Shown here in pieces: positions 1 through 13,320 of a stretch of DNA of 64,000 nt. Origin of the DNA: the human T2T-CHM13v2.0 reference genome, Homo sapiens. The notes under the pieces are model-generated. The model saw only the letters and a program-made list of their open reading frames with translations. It had not been told where the DNA came from and did no database searches. Location of the stretch: NCBI RefSeq assembly GCF_009914755.1, contig NC_060930.1; one strand, 5' to 3'. Position 1 is the first letter of the stretch, and every line of letters begins with the position of its first letter. Position numbers and translations under genes: made by a program.

Positions 1-143
1 ATCCAAGAGCTACTAGAAAGGCTGGGTCCAAGGTACCCTGCCCCAGCACGCCCACACCACATTGAACACTCCAGCTATATTGCTCTGAAGCGAAATCATT
101 TTCATAAGGATGTGTGTGTTCAGGGGTCACAAGAAGAGAATCA

Positions 144-818
<675 letters not shown>

Positions 819-1986
819 GTGAGCGAACACTCTACCTCACATGCTTCCCCCATCTTCCTCTGCCTAACACCCCCTGCTTCCTAGGAAAAAAAACTCCATC
901 CAGAGCACCAGCCCTCAGATCGCTGATGACAAGAGGGTCTACTCTGTTCCCTGCTTCTTCACTTATTAGCCCAGTGTGTGGCCAGAAAGCAAATGCCTAC
1001 TGTATATAGGTCCCTAACCTCATAGATTAAACTCTGGCACGGGAAGGAAGAAATCATGGGCAGACTAGCTAAAGGCAAACATGGCAAGGCAATCACAAGG
1101 CTCCTCAATGCAGCCAGCCTCACAGCCCTTCAAATTGCAACACTGCAACTCAAGGTCCCAGGAACAGCAGGACTGGGCTGAGTGTCTGTCAATCAGGGGA
1201 CTCAAAGATGCCCTTGGGGTACTGGGCCAGCATGGACTCCTCTGTAACAGGGGGACCTGGGACCTAGGGGAGGCTACGTGGGGTGTGCCTGTGCATATAC
1301 CCACAACTAAGACACAATTAGCCTGGGGAATGGGACAACTATGGTTTGCACAAATAGGATGGGGAGGAAACAGGGAAGAAAAATAACTACTCTGGCAAAA
1401 TATGACGAGAAGTAGAAAAGACTGGGAAAGACTGGAGTTGTAGAGAACCCCGTGTTGGGGCCAGGGGTAGCCCCTCTGGGAACCCAAGTGTAGATCAAAC
1501 ATCACTAGGAGCAAGGATGCCTCTGCCTGCTCTGCCTGCTCACCCAGCGCCCCTGCCTCTGCCTCATGAATTCCAAAGGTAAGATGCATGGAGGGAAGTC
1601 TCCTCCAGCAAACATGACCTCGGAGGCTCACTATTTTGTTGGCAGCCTCATCAGAGAAGCTTGTTCATTCCACCTCTGCACAGCCATAATCCCAAACTGC
1701 ACTGAACACAATCCCATGCAGGATTCCTTTTGCACAGCTTAAGTCTGGATCCTAAGAGATAAACTCAGACCATGCCACTTCTTCAGAGAGCTGTGGCTGG
1801 CTCTAGCCTTGACCTTATGGAATAACCTACCACCCCTGACCTCTGACTGCAGGGAGAATACATCACACTCTACTGCCCACAGGTGATGGGGATAACACTA
1901 ACCTCTTGAGGGCTAACCTATACATTAGGAACCCTGGAGTACTGCATAAGCCCCTATCCCAGGGTGGAGCAGGGCCTGGTACTCAC

Positions 1987-2173
1987 CCTGGCCTGTCTGA
2001 CATCGGCGGCCACTCTCAAAGGAGAAGAGGTTGGAGTCGTAGCCATAGCGCCGCAAGCAGAGATAAGGCCAGCGGACGGCCTCACGCCGATGCAGGTGCA
2101 GCACCAGCTCACTCTGCGTCAGCTCCATCACCCCAGAGCCCAGCTCCACCCCCTCATCATCCACATTTGTCAC
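1987..2173 (-). CDS. FRS3: FRS3 coding exon 2, IRS-type PTB domain
   Basis: cag|GTG...CAGG|gtgagt, 187 nt; VTNVDDEGVELGSGVMELTQSELVLHLHRREAVRWPYLCLRRYGYDSNLFSFESGRRCQTGQG; the gene continues left of the window. Confidence 0.97.
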
Positions 2174-2695
2174 CTGGAGGGGAGAAGACAGAAGGGTCAA
2201 TGAGTGAGTCCAACAAGTGTTTGCATGGGTCCCTGAGCCACTGGGAGACAATCTGATGCAGGACAAGAGGTGGGGAACCAAAGGTCACATCCGACTATCA
2301 CAGACTCTACTGAATGCCACATAACTACATGAAGCAGTGCCATGGACCCACGGCAGTTCTCTGGGCAAATCCTACTTCTCTAGTGCTGAGTTTTGTCATA
2401 TGGACAGTGAGGGAAGAGGTAGGTAGCTGACTTCCAAGGTCGGTTTGTTAGATAACAAATGTTAGACGACCCTAGACAGCCCATGCCTTAGTATCCAAGG
2501 GCCAGATGTTAATGGGGAAGGGGTTCAATTGTAAATTCAAAATCTTGAGACTGGGACACCCTGACCTAGGAAAGTCAAGCCCAAGGCAGAACCAATGCAC
2601 ATCTCCTCTACCACCTCCCCAACTGTGTGCCCTTACTGAGGGCTCCCTCTTCTGGTGGGCAGGAGAAACATGTGCTTCAACATGCCCCAGAATGA

Positions 2696-3235
<540 letters not shown>

Positions 3236-3489
3236 TGACAACAGTTCCAAAAGCACCATTATGGCATTTCTTCATTCTTGGTAGTATCAAGAGCCATGAA
3301 AACAGCAGTGGTCTGGGCCTCTTTTCCTCAGGCTACTTGAGAGGGTGTGAGCTCAAGAAGTCTCCATAAGCCCACAACCTCAGCCTGGCATTTGATTTGC
3401 TGTTAGAGAAGCTGAGGCAACTCCATTAAATTGTGTCTGAGCCCAAGAGGCCATGTTGGGAACACAGGAGAGGAGAGGGCTCTGGGTAC

Positions 3490-3555
3490 CTTGAACTTGG
3501 TGGGGTGGTTGTCTGGAACGCTGTCTCTGTTCAGGCAGCTGCAGCAGCTCCCCAT
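3490..3555 (-). CDS. FRS3: FRS3 first coding exon (exon spans 3578-3490)
   Basis: ACC ATG G strong Kozak; MGSCCSCLNRDSVPDNHPTKFK with N-myristoylation/palmitoylation motif; AAG|gtaccc donor; phase 0 joins next exon. Confidence 0.97.
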
Positions 3556-4600
3556 GGTGTCAGAGCAGCCAGCCTGCCCTAGGAAAAACATACAGGATAT
3601 GCAGGTCACCAACTTCAGCTTCAAAAAACCCTGCTCTGGGGAACTTGGGCAGAAGCACGTCATTGTGATCACCTACTCTGTCCAAGAGACTGTGTGATAC
3701 AGACCCCCCCTCAAAGACTTCACATTCTCAATCCAGGGCCAGACACACATTGGATAAACGTTAATTCAAGTTACAATGTGTTAAGGATGAATGCCGATGG
3801 GGGGCTGGAGAGAGCTTCTCAGAGGTAACATTTGATCTGGACCTTGAGAAGTATGTAGGATTCTGACCCATGTAATGACAAGGAAGGCAGGGACACAGGC
3901 AGGAAGAAAAGTAGGGGTCCAGGAGAAGTGATCTGCAGCAGATGGAGGTGGGTGCCAGCCCGAGCCCCTTATTTGGATTCAGCAAAGAAATTGTCACTTG
4001 GGGGTCTCAGACACTTTGGCCTGTGCCTGTCTCTTTTTTCCTCCCTTTTTACCTCATCCATTCCACTTCATCCAAGTTCTCTCTTCTCCCTTACTACCAT
4101 CCCAACATCCAGTGCAAATTTATCTTTCTGATGTCCTCTTCAAATGAGTTGTTACATTGTGATCATAAAGATATATTCAGAAGACTGAACATTTAAAACA
4201 GTGCAGTTTTAATAACCTCAAGTGGATATTTCTTCATTTAAAAAAAATGCTGGGTTTCCTTCCCTTTTTCTGAAGGGGAGACCAGAGGCCTTACTATTTG
4301 GCTCTTCCCCTCCAGGATTCCAGTACTTGGATTATATGTCACAATAGTCAGGACTGTGCCTAGAATGAAGAGGACACCACCCAAGCTTGAATGACCTAAG
4401 GGAACAAGAAATGCATGGACCAATACCAAGCAGAAGTTTTAAGGGGTTGCAACTTGTCACAAGAAATAAGTCTGTAGGATTGGCTATCCTTCTAGAACTC
4501 CTGCTGAATGGTAAAGCTTTGAACAACCAGGTGACCTGTACCCTCTGTTCCTCCCAACTTGGGAAACGCCATAAAACTGACCCCTATACACAGCTCTTAC

Positions 4601-4744
4601 CTCACCCAGGCCATCGGGGAGCTGACCGTGGGAGGGGCATGGGGAAGGGTTCCCACTTTATTCCCCCCGTCCTTGGTGGGCTGTCATGGCAAACAGTCTG
4701 CAGAGAAGTCACCCGGATCCCTCTGGGATACACCTGGGGCTCAC
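4601..4744 (-). other. FRS3: FRS3 probable non-coding 5'UTR exon 2 (144 nt)
   Basis: Acceptor ctgtttcctatgctag|GTGAG and donor GAG|gtaaga between the promoter and first coding exon. Confidence 0.75.
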
Positions 4745-6199
4745 CTAGCATAGGAAACAGAGACACTGATTAACAAAACCTTCTATCTTCACCCCCAACT
4801 GTTAATGAAAACTGACCTGACAGTCCATCCCACCTGGGTATCTGTTCCAGCCCTAATGGGACAAAAACACCAATGAAGAAAGTAAAATCAAGGGCAAAGG
4901 GAGCACAAATCCCAAGCCCCACGGGCCCTGAGAGGGACAGACACCAAGAACATCAATAAGTTTGAAGTCTAAGACGACCAAAGACCTTTTAAGTCACTTT
5001 AGATCTCCCTCTGAGTCCTGTTACAACAAACACCAAAACCATCACCTTACCTTTGCAGAGAACTTTAACTCTACAAAGAGCTTTCTCAAAAGGACACTGT
5101 GATATAGTAGAGACAGCACTGGTTTAAGACTCAGGAAACCAATATATCGGTCAGTTTTGTTGCTACTAAGTATCTGGGAGACTTAAGTCAACGCCCCCCC
5201 CAACTCCCACCTAAGGCCTTAGTTTTTGGGGGAACCATCTATAAACTGGGGAGCTTCTAGCTTAAATAACTTGCAGAGGTAAAAACGTAAGACAAACTTC
5301 ACTAAAATTGACATGTTCATCTTCCAAGACAGGCTGCTTCAATTTCGCATTTGGAAGCTTGATAGATTTTCTGCTCCCCAAGCTCTGAAAGGCCTAATTT
5401 TAACATAAATGTTAACAGTAAGCCAAAATTTCAGGGCATCTGAGCCCAAGGTAGACAAGTCAACAAGCCAGGACTCTGCAGACCCTGGACATCCCACATT
5501 CCTGCTCTGGAGAAACACTTCCCAGGGCCCCTTGCACCCTGCATCCTTGGACAACTTCCAGGTAAAAGGACCCCATCCCCTTGGTCTGGCTTATTTTCTG
5601 GAAGGAAGAAGCAGGCTCAGGGAGGTGTGCACAGACTAAAGATAGGTTGCTGGGAAAATACTGGGGCTTGAGCCACCGACGGGGGCACGGCGCGGGCACT
5701 GAAACGAAGAACTCTAGGGTGCAAGATGGGGGAGGGGCTGAATTTCCCTATCACCATCTCTTCTCCTTAAGATATCAGGATGTATCAGATAGCCCACTGA
5801 GGAGGGACTGCATTGAGTGGAAATGGGGAGAGGCCTCTGGTCTGGGATAGGTATGGATCAGGGGCAGGAGTGAGAGGGGGGTGTGGGGGCTGAAAACGTA
5901 TGAGGACGTTTGGGGAAACATGAGCAAGAATTTTGGATGTGGGCATTTTGGATAGTGCAAGGAGAATGGGGATATGAGGGATCCTAGGAATTTCCGGGCA
6001 GTGGAAGCATTTGGGGGCATCCAAGAGAAATGGTGGGTCCGTGGGCATAGCAGGAGATTTGTTGAGTGAATGAGGGGGTTCTGAGGGCTCCAGGAGATGC
6101 GATGATGTGTCCAGGGCGGAGAGGGTAGAGGTGGGTTGGGGGAGCCAGAGGCTGCAGGACAGGCTACAGGACTGTCAAGGGGAATTTCTACATGCCCGT

Positions 6200-7520
6200 A
6201 AGGAATGAGGAGGTCTGGGTGCGCGCTGTCCCCGGATCCCCGCCCCCAGCCCCGGTGCTCCGCCGCCTGCCCGCCCGCCCGGGGCTTCCTAGGGAGGGAG
6301 TGGAGACTGCGGCGCGGCGCGGCGCGGCCTCGGTGAAGCCGCCTCGTCCCCGCCCCGCCGCGCCCCGACTCACATCGCCCCGCGGCCCGGGCGGCGCCGG
6401 GCCCCGCTCCCGGGTCCCGCTGCAGCAGCCGCCGCCCGCCCGGAGCTAAGGCCTCCCCGCCCCGCCCCGCCCCGCGGCCGCGGGGTCGGAGGTCACCGGC
6501 AGCACCAACGAGACGCTGCGGGCTGGCGGACCCGAGCGGGGGCGACCGGCACGCAGCCTAGAAGGTCCCTTTGGAGGACTTTGCAGTCGGGAGCAGTGAG
6601 CATGCGCAGACGCCAGAGGGCGCTCCTGGCCAGGGGCTGAGCAAGCCCGGAGGGGACAGGGCGGAGCCTGCGGCGGAGGCGGGGCGCGGAGGCGGGGCTG
6701 AGGACACCAAAGTTGGGGGTGGTCCGGGGAGCGGAAAGGGGACGGAGGGTTGGGCGAGAAACGAAGGGAAGGGGAGAGGGTCTGAAGGGACCTGAAAGGA
6801 GAAGGGCAAGACGATGGAACCTGGAAGAGGGTTGAGGGGAGGGGAAGGGGCCAGGGGGACCACTGGGGACAAGGGGGAGAGAACTGAAGGGAAACACGCG
6901 GAGGAGCGGGGCTGGGAGACCACAGGGAGAGTTTGGGGAGACCTGGGAACTGCGGAGAGACAGGGCTGCGGGCCCGGCGAGGCGTTTCCATTCAGCGAAT
7001 GGTTGAAAACCCAGCGTAAACGCGGCTCCCGGCGTCTGCTGGATGCCTGCCGGGCGCAGTCCGAGCCAGAGAGCCCTTGCACCTGCATGGCAGAGGCCGT
7101 GGAGCCCGCACATTTCCACCCTGAGATCCCATAAATGTGGTTTTGTTTTCCTTTTTTTTTTCCTCCCCCCAATCTGCAGCTCCAGGCCCCTCCCTGAGCC
7201 GCCCCTCTCCACCAGCCGGGGAGGGGCGGGCGGGGGCCGCTGGGGCGTGGGAGAGGAAGGGCCGCGCTATTAGGGCGGGCGGGGGCGGACGGGGGCGGGC
7301 GCTGAAGCCTTGGGGTGGGGACCGGGTGAGGGGCCTGACGGCAGAGTCGGTCCAGAACTGCCCGGACAGCGACGCACAGCGAGGGTGAGACCCCAGCGGA
7401 GTCCTGGTCCCCTCCCCTAAAATCCCAGCAGCCAGACCGGGAACCCCAGCGGACTCGGGAAACACCGCGTCCCAGCCCCGGAGGCGGGCCCGCCAAGTTC
7501 CAGAAAAACTCTGGGGATCT
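6200..7520. promoter_or_regulatory. CpG island; divergent FRS3/PRICKLE4 promoter region
   Basis: Very high GC/CpG; (CCCCG)4 at 6455-6474; many GC boxes; NRF1-like TGAGCATGCGCA 6597-6608; CTCF-like ACGCCAGAGGGCGC 6610-6623. Confidence 0.9.
6374..6470 (-). other. FRS3: FRS3 non-coding exon 1 (5' end approximate)
   Basis: Donor GCGAT|gtgagt at 6374/6373 inside the CpG island. Confidence 0.7.
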
Positions 7521-8078
7521 ATCGAGAGGGCAGTTGGCGGGACTGGGCACTCCCCTTCCTTCTCCCTCCCACTGTCCCCAGAAATCTTCCCATCCCTCCA
7601 CCTCCCCAAGCCCTAAGTCCTCTCGGGCTCTGCCCTTCAGGGCAGCGGGTGTTGGGGATGTCCAGCTCCTGAGCCCTCTTGCACGGAGGCTCTGCACGGA
7701 GGCAAGACAAGGGGTTCAGCTCTGTCCCTTATCTGAGGTGGGAGGGGGAAGGGAATTATGGAAGGAATCCAGCTGGCCTGTTAGTAAGGGTGTTCCAGTG
7801 CTAGGTGGAGGTGGAGTTTGGCTGCCTTTGGGGAGATTGGAAGGGTGAGGAATAGAGGCCTGATTTCTGAGTGTTGTTTCTGTGTTGGACAATTCTATGC
7901 AAACTAGAGCCAAAATGGAAGAGGGTGCAAGTCCCCTCCTGGGGCCCCAGACGCCCCCTCCTTTCTTGCTGCCTGGAGCAGGGGCAGTGCTGTTAGTGGC
8001 TACTCCTGGTGTGAACAGCCCATCCTGGCCACCTTCCACAGGAAACCTGACCTGAAGGACAGAAGAGGAAGGAAGCAG
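7280..8078 (+). other. PRICKLE4: Region of probable PRICKLE4 non-coding 5' exons
   Basis: Candidate donors AGG|gtgaga (7384) and CAG|gtgggt (8078) upstream of the first coding exon; exon starts cannot be determined. Confidence 0.4.
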
Positions 8079-8625
8079 GTGGGTGTGAAGCCAGGAAGGA
8101 GGGAAGGGTGGCACAGGACATTTGAAGTGGGAGTGGAGGGGCGGTGCTGAGGAGGGTTCAGTGCTGGGAAGCAATATTAACTGTTACAGTCCAAACCCTC
8201 ACCTCAACCCCAGTACGAATACCTGGCCCAGTCTTAGAGGCCAGGGATTTGATGATGACCCTCCTGTGCCCAGCTACTTTCAGAATCTATCCCAGCTCTC
8301 AGAAGCCAGGTCCCCCTAAGGCTTCCCTTAGCCTCTGGTATGATCTTGGGCAAGTTAATTAACTTGTTTCAACTGTCAAGTGGAATGAAAGAGATTACCT
8401 CATAAGATTATTGTGAGGATGGACTATATTATGTAATATTCTAGAAGAGTCCTTGGCACAGAGTAAATATTATTAAAAAGTTTGCTCTGGTTATTTTTTT
8501 CTCCAGGGTTTGTGTATGTCTGTCCCGAGCTCTGATTGATCCCATTCTACCTGGTTTCATCTTTGTCTTACCCACTATGAGCTCCTTGAGGGCGGGGCTC
8601 ATCTCTTCTCTACATTAATAGTCGC

Positions 8626-9250
<625 letters not shown>

Positions 9251-9799
9251 AATAGTCACTTCTTACCCCCAAGATATTATGGTCATATCAGGAGCTGCCG
9301 AGAGGAAAGCTGAAGAGATGAACTTAGATTATCCAATGCAATTGCTGCTATATATAAAAGTGCAAGGTGTTCCTCTGTCTTTGAGGAACTTATAGACTAG
9401 ATTAGGAGCCGAGAGAGATGCAGGGAGCAAAGAGAAAAACATTAGGTGCTAAATCTTGGGGCACTGCTTGCTTCAGGAGCTCAGGGAAGGGAGAGCTGGT
9501 GTGGTCACAGAGGCTGAGAAGGGCTTCCTAGTAAGGGGATCCTTTAACCAGAGGCCCAAGCCTATATAGCTGGAAAACCTGGGCCCATGTAGGAAGTTGT
9601 GAACAAGGAGGCTCACTGGGGCTGTGGGTGCACGGTGAGAAATGGTGGAAGTTAAGGCTGATGAGGTAAGGAGAGAGTGTCCAAAGGCCCACCAGAAAGG
9701 CAAAGTGCCCTCTCCTTCTACCATGGGCCTCCTCTTACCTCCATCCTGATCTTGGGAGACCCCAGAATTTGAACTTCAGAAATTCTGGACCAAAAGACC

Positions 9800-10005
9800 T
9801 GACCTCAAGTCCTGGCTCTGCCACTTACTAGCTGTTTGACCTTGGGCATGCTACTCAAGGTCTGATCCTCAGTTGGGCCATCTGTAAGATGGGGATAATG
9901 CTACCTAAGTCGTTTGGGTGTTGGGAGGACTGAGGGAAATAATATCTATAAAGCACTTAACACTTCCTAGCACATTGTAACGGCCTAATACATGGAGGTG
10001 TTCTT
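9800..10005 (+). mobile_element. MIR
   Basis: Core TCAAGTCCTGGCTCTGCCACTTACTAGCTGT..GACCTTGGGCA..CCTCAGT..CATCTGTAAGATGGGGATAAT. Confidence 0.8.
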
Positions 10006-10032
10006 ATTGTTTTGGGGTAGGCTTTGCCACAA

Positions 10033-10164
10033 ATGTCAGTGCAGAACTCTGGCTGGCCCCACCAAGAAGACAGCCCCAAGCCCCAGGATCCAGGTCCACC
10101 AGCCAACTCAGACAGTGACTCAGGCCACCTGCCGGGGGAGGACCCTGAGGATACCCATGCTCAG
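10033..10164 (+). CDS. PRICKLE4: PRICKLE4 coding exon 1
   Basis: Acceptor tag at 10020; MSVQNSGWPHQEDS...EDTHAQ (132 nt); CAG|gtagta. Confidence 0.85.
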
Positions 10165-10689
10165 GTAGTAGAGTCGTGCCCTTCCTCTGAGACCAACATG
10201 TCCTCTATCCTGTGGAGTGGCCACCCTTTTCCACCAACCCGGAGGTAGTTTGACTTCGTGCCTAATCTCTTGTTGCCTTTTTCTCTTTTCAGGAATTCCT
10301 GTCTCTGCACCTGCTTAGAACATGGGGTTTTGACTTTAAACTCATTCACATGAGTATTCATTATCTCTCCTAGGGGGTCTGTATTGTCAAACCAGACTCT
10401 AGGGGCTTTGGCCCCAAGGCGTGAAGGGGGTTAAGAAGGGAAAGCATAAGAAGGGAAGCTGTTTTGGGGTGTGGGGCCTCCCCAGCCTCCCTCAAGGAAG
10501 ACCACACATGCAGGCATCAGTCAGCTATCCTTGCACTCAGTGAGGATCTGCAAGGAGGACCCTCCCAAATGGAGGGCATGCTTAGAAGCTGCTCTAGATT
10601 GGAGAAGAGGTGGCAATGATGAGGGGGAAAGAAGGAGAAAGGAAAGAAAAACCTAGTTTCACTCCTCCCCTTCTTCCATGTCTCCTCAG

Positions 10690-10797
10690 GGTCCTGCAGT
10701 TCTGAGCTTGGGTTCCCTTTGCCTGGACACCAACCAAGCCCCCAACTGGACTGGACTTCAGACCCTCCTGCAGCAACTCCCTCCGCAGGACATTGAT
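10690..10797 (+). CDS. PRICKLE4: PRICKLE4 coding exon 2 (PET domain start)
   Basis: cag|GGT..GAT|gtgggt, 108 nt; LLQQLPPQDID PET motif. Confidence 0.95.
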
Positions 10798-11493
10798 GTG
10801 GGTCTCCTCTCCCCATCTTCCCTCTCTTGCCTTTCCCTCCCTCATCTCTTTTCTTACTGTGGGAAGAACCTCAGTCCAGAAGTTAGGGGATGTGGATTTA
10901 ATGCCCAGCTATGGCACTGGTTGGGGCGTCATTCTCCCCCTGCCTGAGTTTTCACATTGGCAATAACAATAGCAGGTGCAATAACATCTGCTCTGCCCAC
11001 CACAATGCTTAGTTCAAGAGCAAATGAGAAAATGGACATGAACGACTTTTGAAACGGATAATGGAATGTACAAATGTAGAGAGTATGGTTGTTACGTATT
11101 TATTGAGGGTCTACATGTGTCCAGCCTAAAGGCTTACAATTCAATTGGGGAGGCAAGACAGGAGTATATGAAATAATTTGAGGAAATGCAAGAATGGGAA
11201 GTGATACTGAGCTCTTAGCTCATTGGGAACAAGGACCTAATGGTGACAGGGCTAAGTGCTGTGGGCCTGTCAGGACCTGATTGATGACATTCCTAGTGGG
11301 GCAGGGTGAGACTGAGGTGGCTTTCTTGAGCTCCTTTCCTTTTCCATTTCCTCTTCTATGCCATTATCTCTGGCATCTCCCTGAGGTTCTACAACCTTTC
11401 TCTGACCCAGCAGCCAAGCCCTTTTTCCTCCAACCAATGCTCAATGTTTTCTGCTGGAGCTCTCCCAGTAATTGTAGAGGACTGTTTCTGCAG

Positions 11494-11631
11494 GAGCGCT
11501 ACTGCCTGGCCCTTGGGGAGGAGGAGCGGGCCGAGCTGCAGCTCTTCTGTGCCAGGCGGAAGCAGGAAGCCCTGGGACAGGGGGTAGCCCGCCTGGTACT
11601 TCCCAAGCTTGAAGGACACACCTGTGAGAAG
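11494..11631 (+). CDS. PRICKLE4: PRICKLE4 coding exon 3 (PET domain)
   Basis: cag|GAG..AAG|gtatgt, 138 nt; ERYCLALGEEERAELQLFCARRKQEALGQG. Confidence 0.97.
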
Positions 11632-11895
11632 GTATGTAGCACCCCTCCCCCCAAATTCCCCTTCCTCTATTCTTTGCCCTCTCATTTCTGCAGAAGGGGC
11701 TGGGCTAGCTTCTGGGATTCTGGTTGGGAAACAGGAAAAACAGAAACCAAGTTTGCAAGCTCTTGGTATAGGTTGCAGTGGATGTGGGCTTGCTAGGGTA
11801 TGGCGAGAACAGGTTGGGATCGGATTGCAAGAGCAAGGAGGGAAGTTAGGATGGTAGTGCTTACTCCGACCACCTCAGCACCTCCCCTCTGACAG

Positions 11896-12099
11896 TGTAG
11901 GGAGCTGCTGAAGCCAGGGGAGTACGGAGTGTTTGCAGCCCGGGCAGGGGAACAGCGCTGCTGGCACCAGCCTTGCTTTGCCTGCCAGGCCTGTGGCCAG
12001 GCCCTGATAAACCTCATCTACTTCTACCATGATGGACAACTCTACTGCGGCCGTCATCATGCAGAGTTGCTGCGCCCGCGCTGCCCGGCTTGTGACCAG
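11896..12099 (+). CDS. PRICKLE4: PRICKLE4 coding exon 4 (LIM1)
   Basis: cag|TGT..CAG|gtacag, 204 nt; WHQPCFACQAC...YCGRHHAELLRPRCPACDQ. Confidence 0.97.
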
Positions 12100-12686
12100 G
12101 TACAGCCTGGAGGGGAGGAACTGGGGGTCTGCCCAGAGTCCAGAGTGGCAGGATACAAAGGGACACTCTCCTGGGCCACAGTTTCTCCCAGTATCAGGGA
12201 TTGGGGAGAAGTAGGAACCAGCCTGGGACTACCAAGTTCCCTGTGTTCTGACTTGAGCTCTGGGCATGTAGGACCCAGTGCCCTTCTCTCTGGCCTCCCC
12301 CACTGCAGAGTCCCTCAAATGTTCCTGGACTCATCGAATTTCTCTAGAGCAGGGAGTCTTGGACACATGCTCATCTCAGTAGATGCCGAGTGCCCAGTGC
12401 TGTGCCTCATCATGCTAGAAATTCCCTTGATGTCAGCATAAAAGGAAGCCTGGAGCCCTGGGTTGGGAGTCCAGACCCCCAGGTCGCACTTGGGATTGTC
12501 CCACTTGCTAGCTGGGATCCTGGCTAAGCCAATCAGTCCTCCCTGCGTCCAAAAGTGGCTGAGTGAATTAAATGGGAATGTGTGCAGACGTGCTTTAGCG
12601 TTAACTGGGTAAAAGGCGTGGTTACTGGATGAATGAATGAGGGAATGAATGAATGAAACGTTCCCCTCTCCCTCTCCCTCTCCCAG

Positions 12687-12891
12687 CTGATCTTCTCCTG
12701 GCGCTGCACCGAGGCGGAGGGACAGCGCTGGCATGAGAACCACTTCTGTTGCCAGGACTGCGCCGGGCCTCTGGGCGGGGGACGTTATGCCCTGCCTGGG
12801 GGAAGCCCCTGCTGCCCCAGCTGCTTCGAGAACCGCTACTCGGATGCAGGCTCGAGCTGGGCCGGGGCACTGGAAGGGCAGGCATTCCTTG
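12687..12891 (+). CDS. PRICKLE4: PRICKLE4 coding exon 5 (LIM2)
   Basis: cag|CTG..G|gtaagg, 205 nt; LIFSWRCTEAEGQRWHENHFCCQDC...CCPSCFENRY. Confidence 0.97.
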
Positions 12892-13320
12892 GTAAGGGAG
12901 AGGATGCAGAGCAAAGCGGGAGGGAGCTTGGGCTGGGCTGTGGGGGTTCTCCCGGGCTGGGACCCTCGCCCCGGTCCCACGCCGTCCCGTCCCTCCAGGA
13001 GCGCCCCCACCGCACCCCCCAGACCCAAGCCTCGGGGCCCGCAGCTCTCACCGCGCATCCCTGGCCGGAGCGTTCCAAGGGCCGCCCGAACCCACCCCGC
13101 GCCGCGGTCGGGGTTGCGGCGCCAGACTCCCTCCCAGGCGCGGGAGGCGGACGCCCTCTGGTGGAGGCGGGGGACCCTGGCGAGGACTCTTGGCGGCGGC
13201 GGCGGCGCGCACGGCCCAGGGGCTGGGCGGGGCGGGAGGCTGGGCCTCACCCCCACTAGCTGCGGTGTAGGTCCAGCTCCGCGGCTCTGAGACCAGCGTT
13301 TCCGACCCGGCCCGGAACAG

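Noticed and set aside
1065-1631. 188-aa minus-strand ORF in an FRS3 intron
   Set aside because: No domain resemblance, Cys/Ser/Pro-rich random composition, non-ATG start, no splice support
6446-7697. Long overlapping ORFs (181-379 aa) in the CpG island
   Set aside because: Stop depletion from very high GC; low-complexity Pro/Arg/Gly content in several frames
12892-13320. Remnant third LIM domain in the PRICKLE4 intron
   Set aside because: No Cys/His spacing recognisable in any frame
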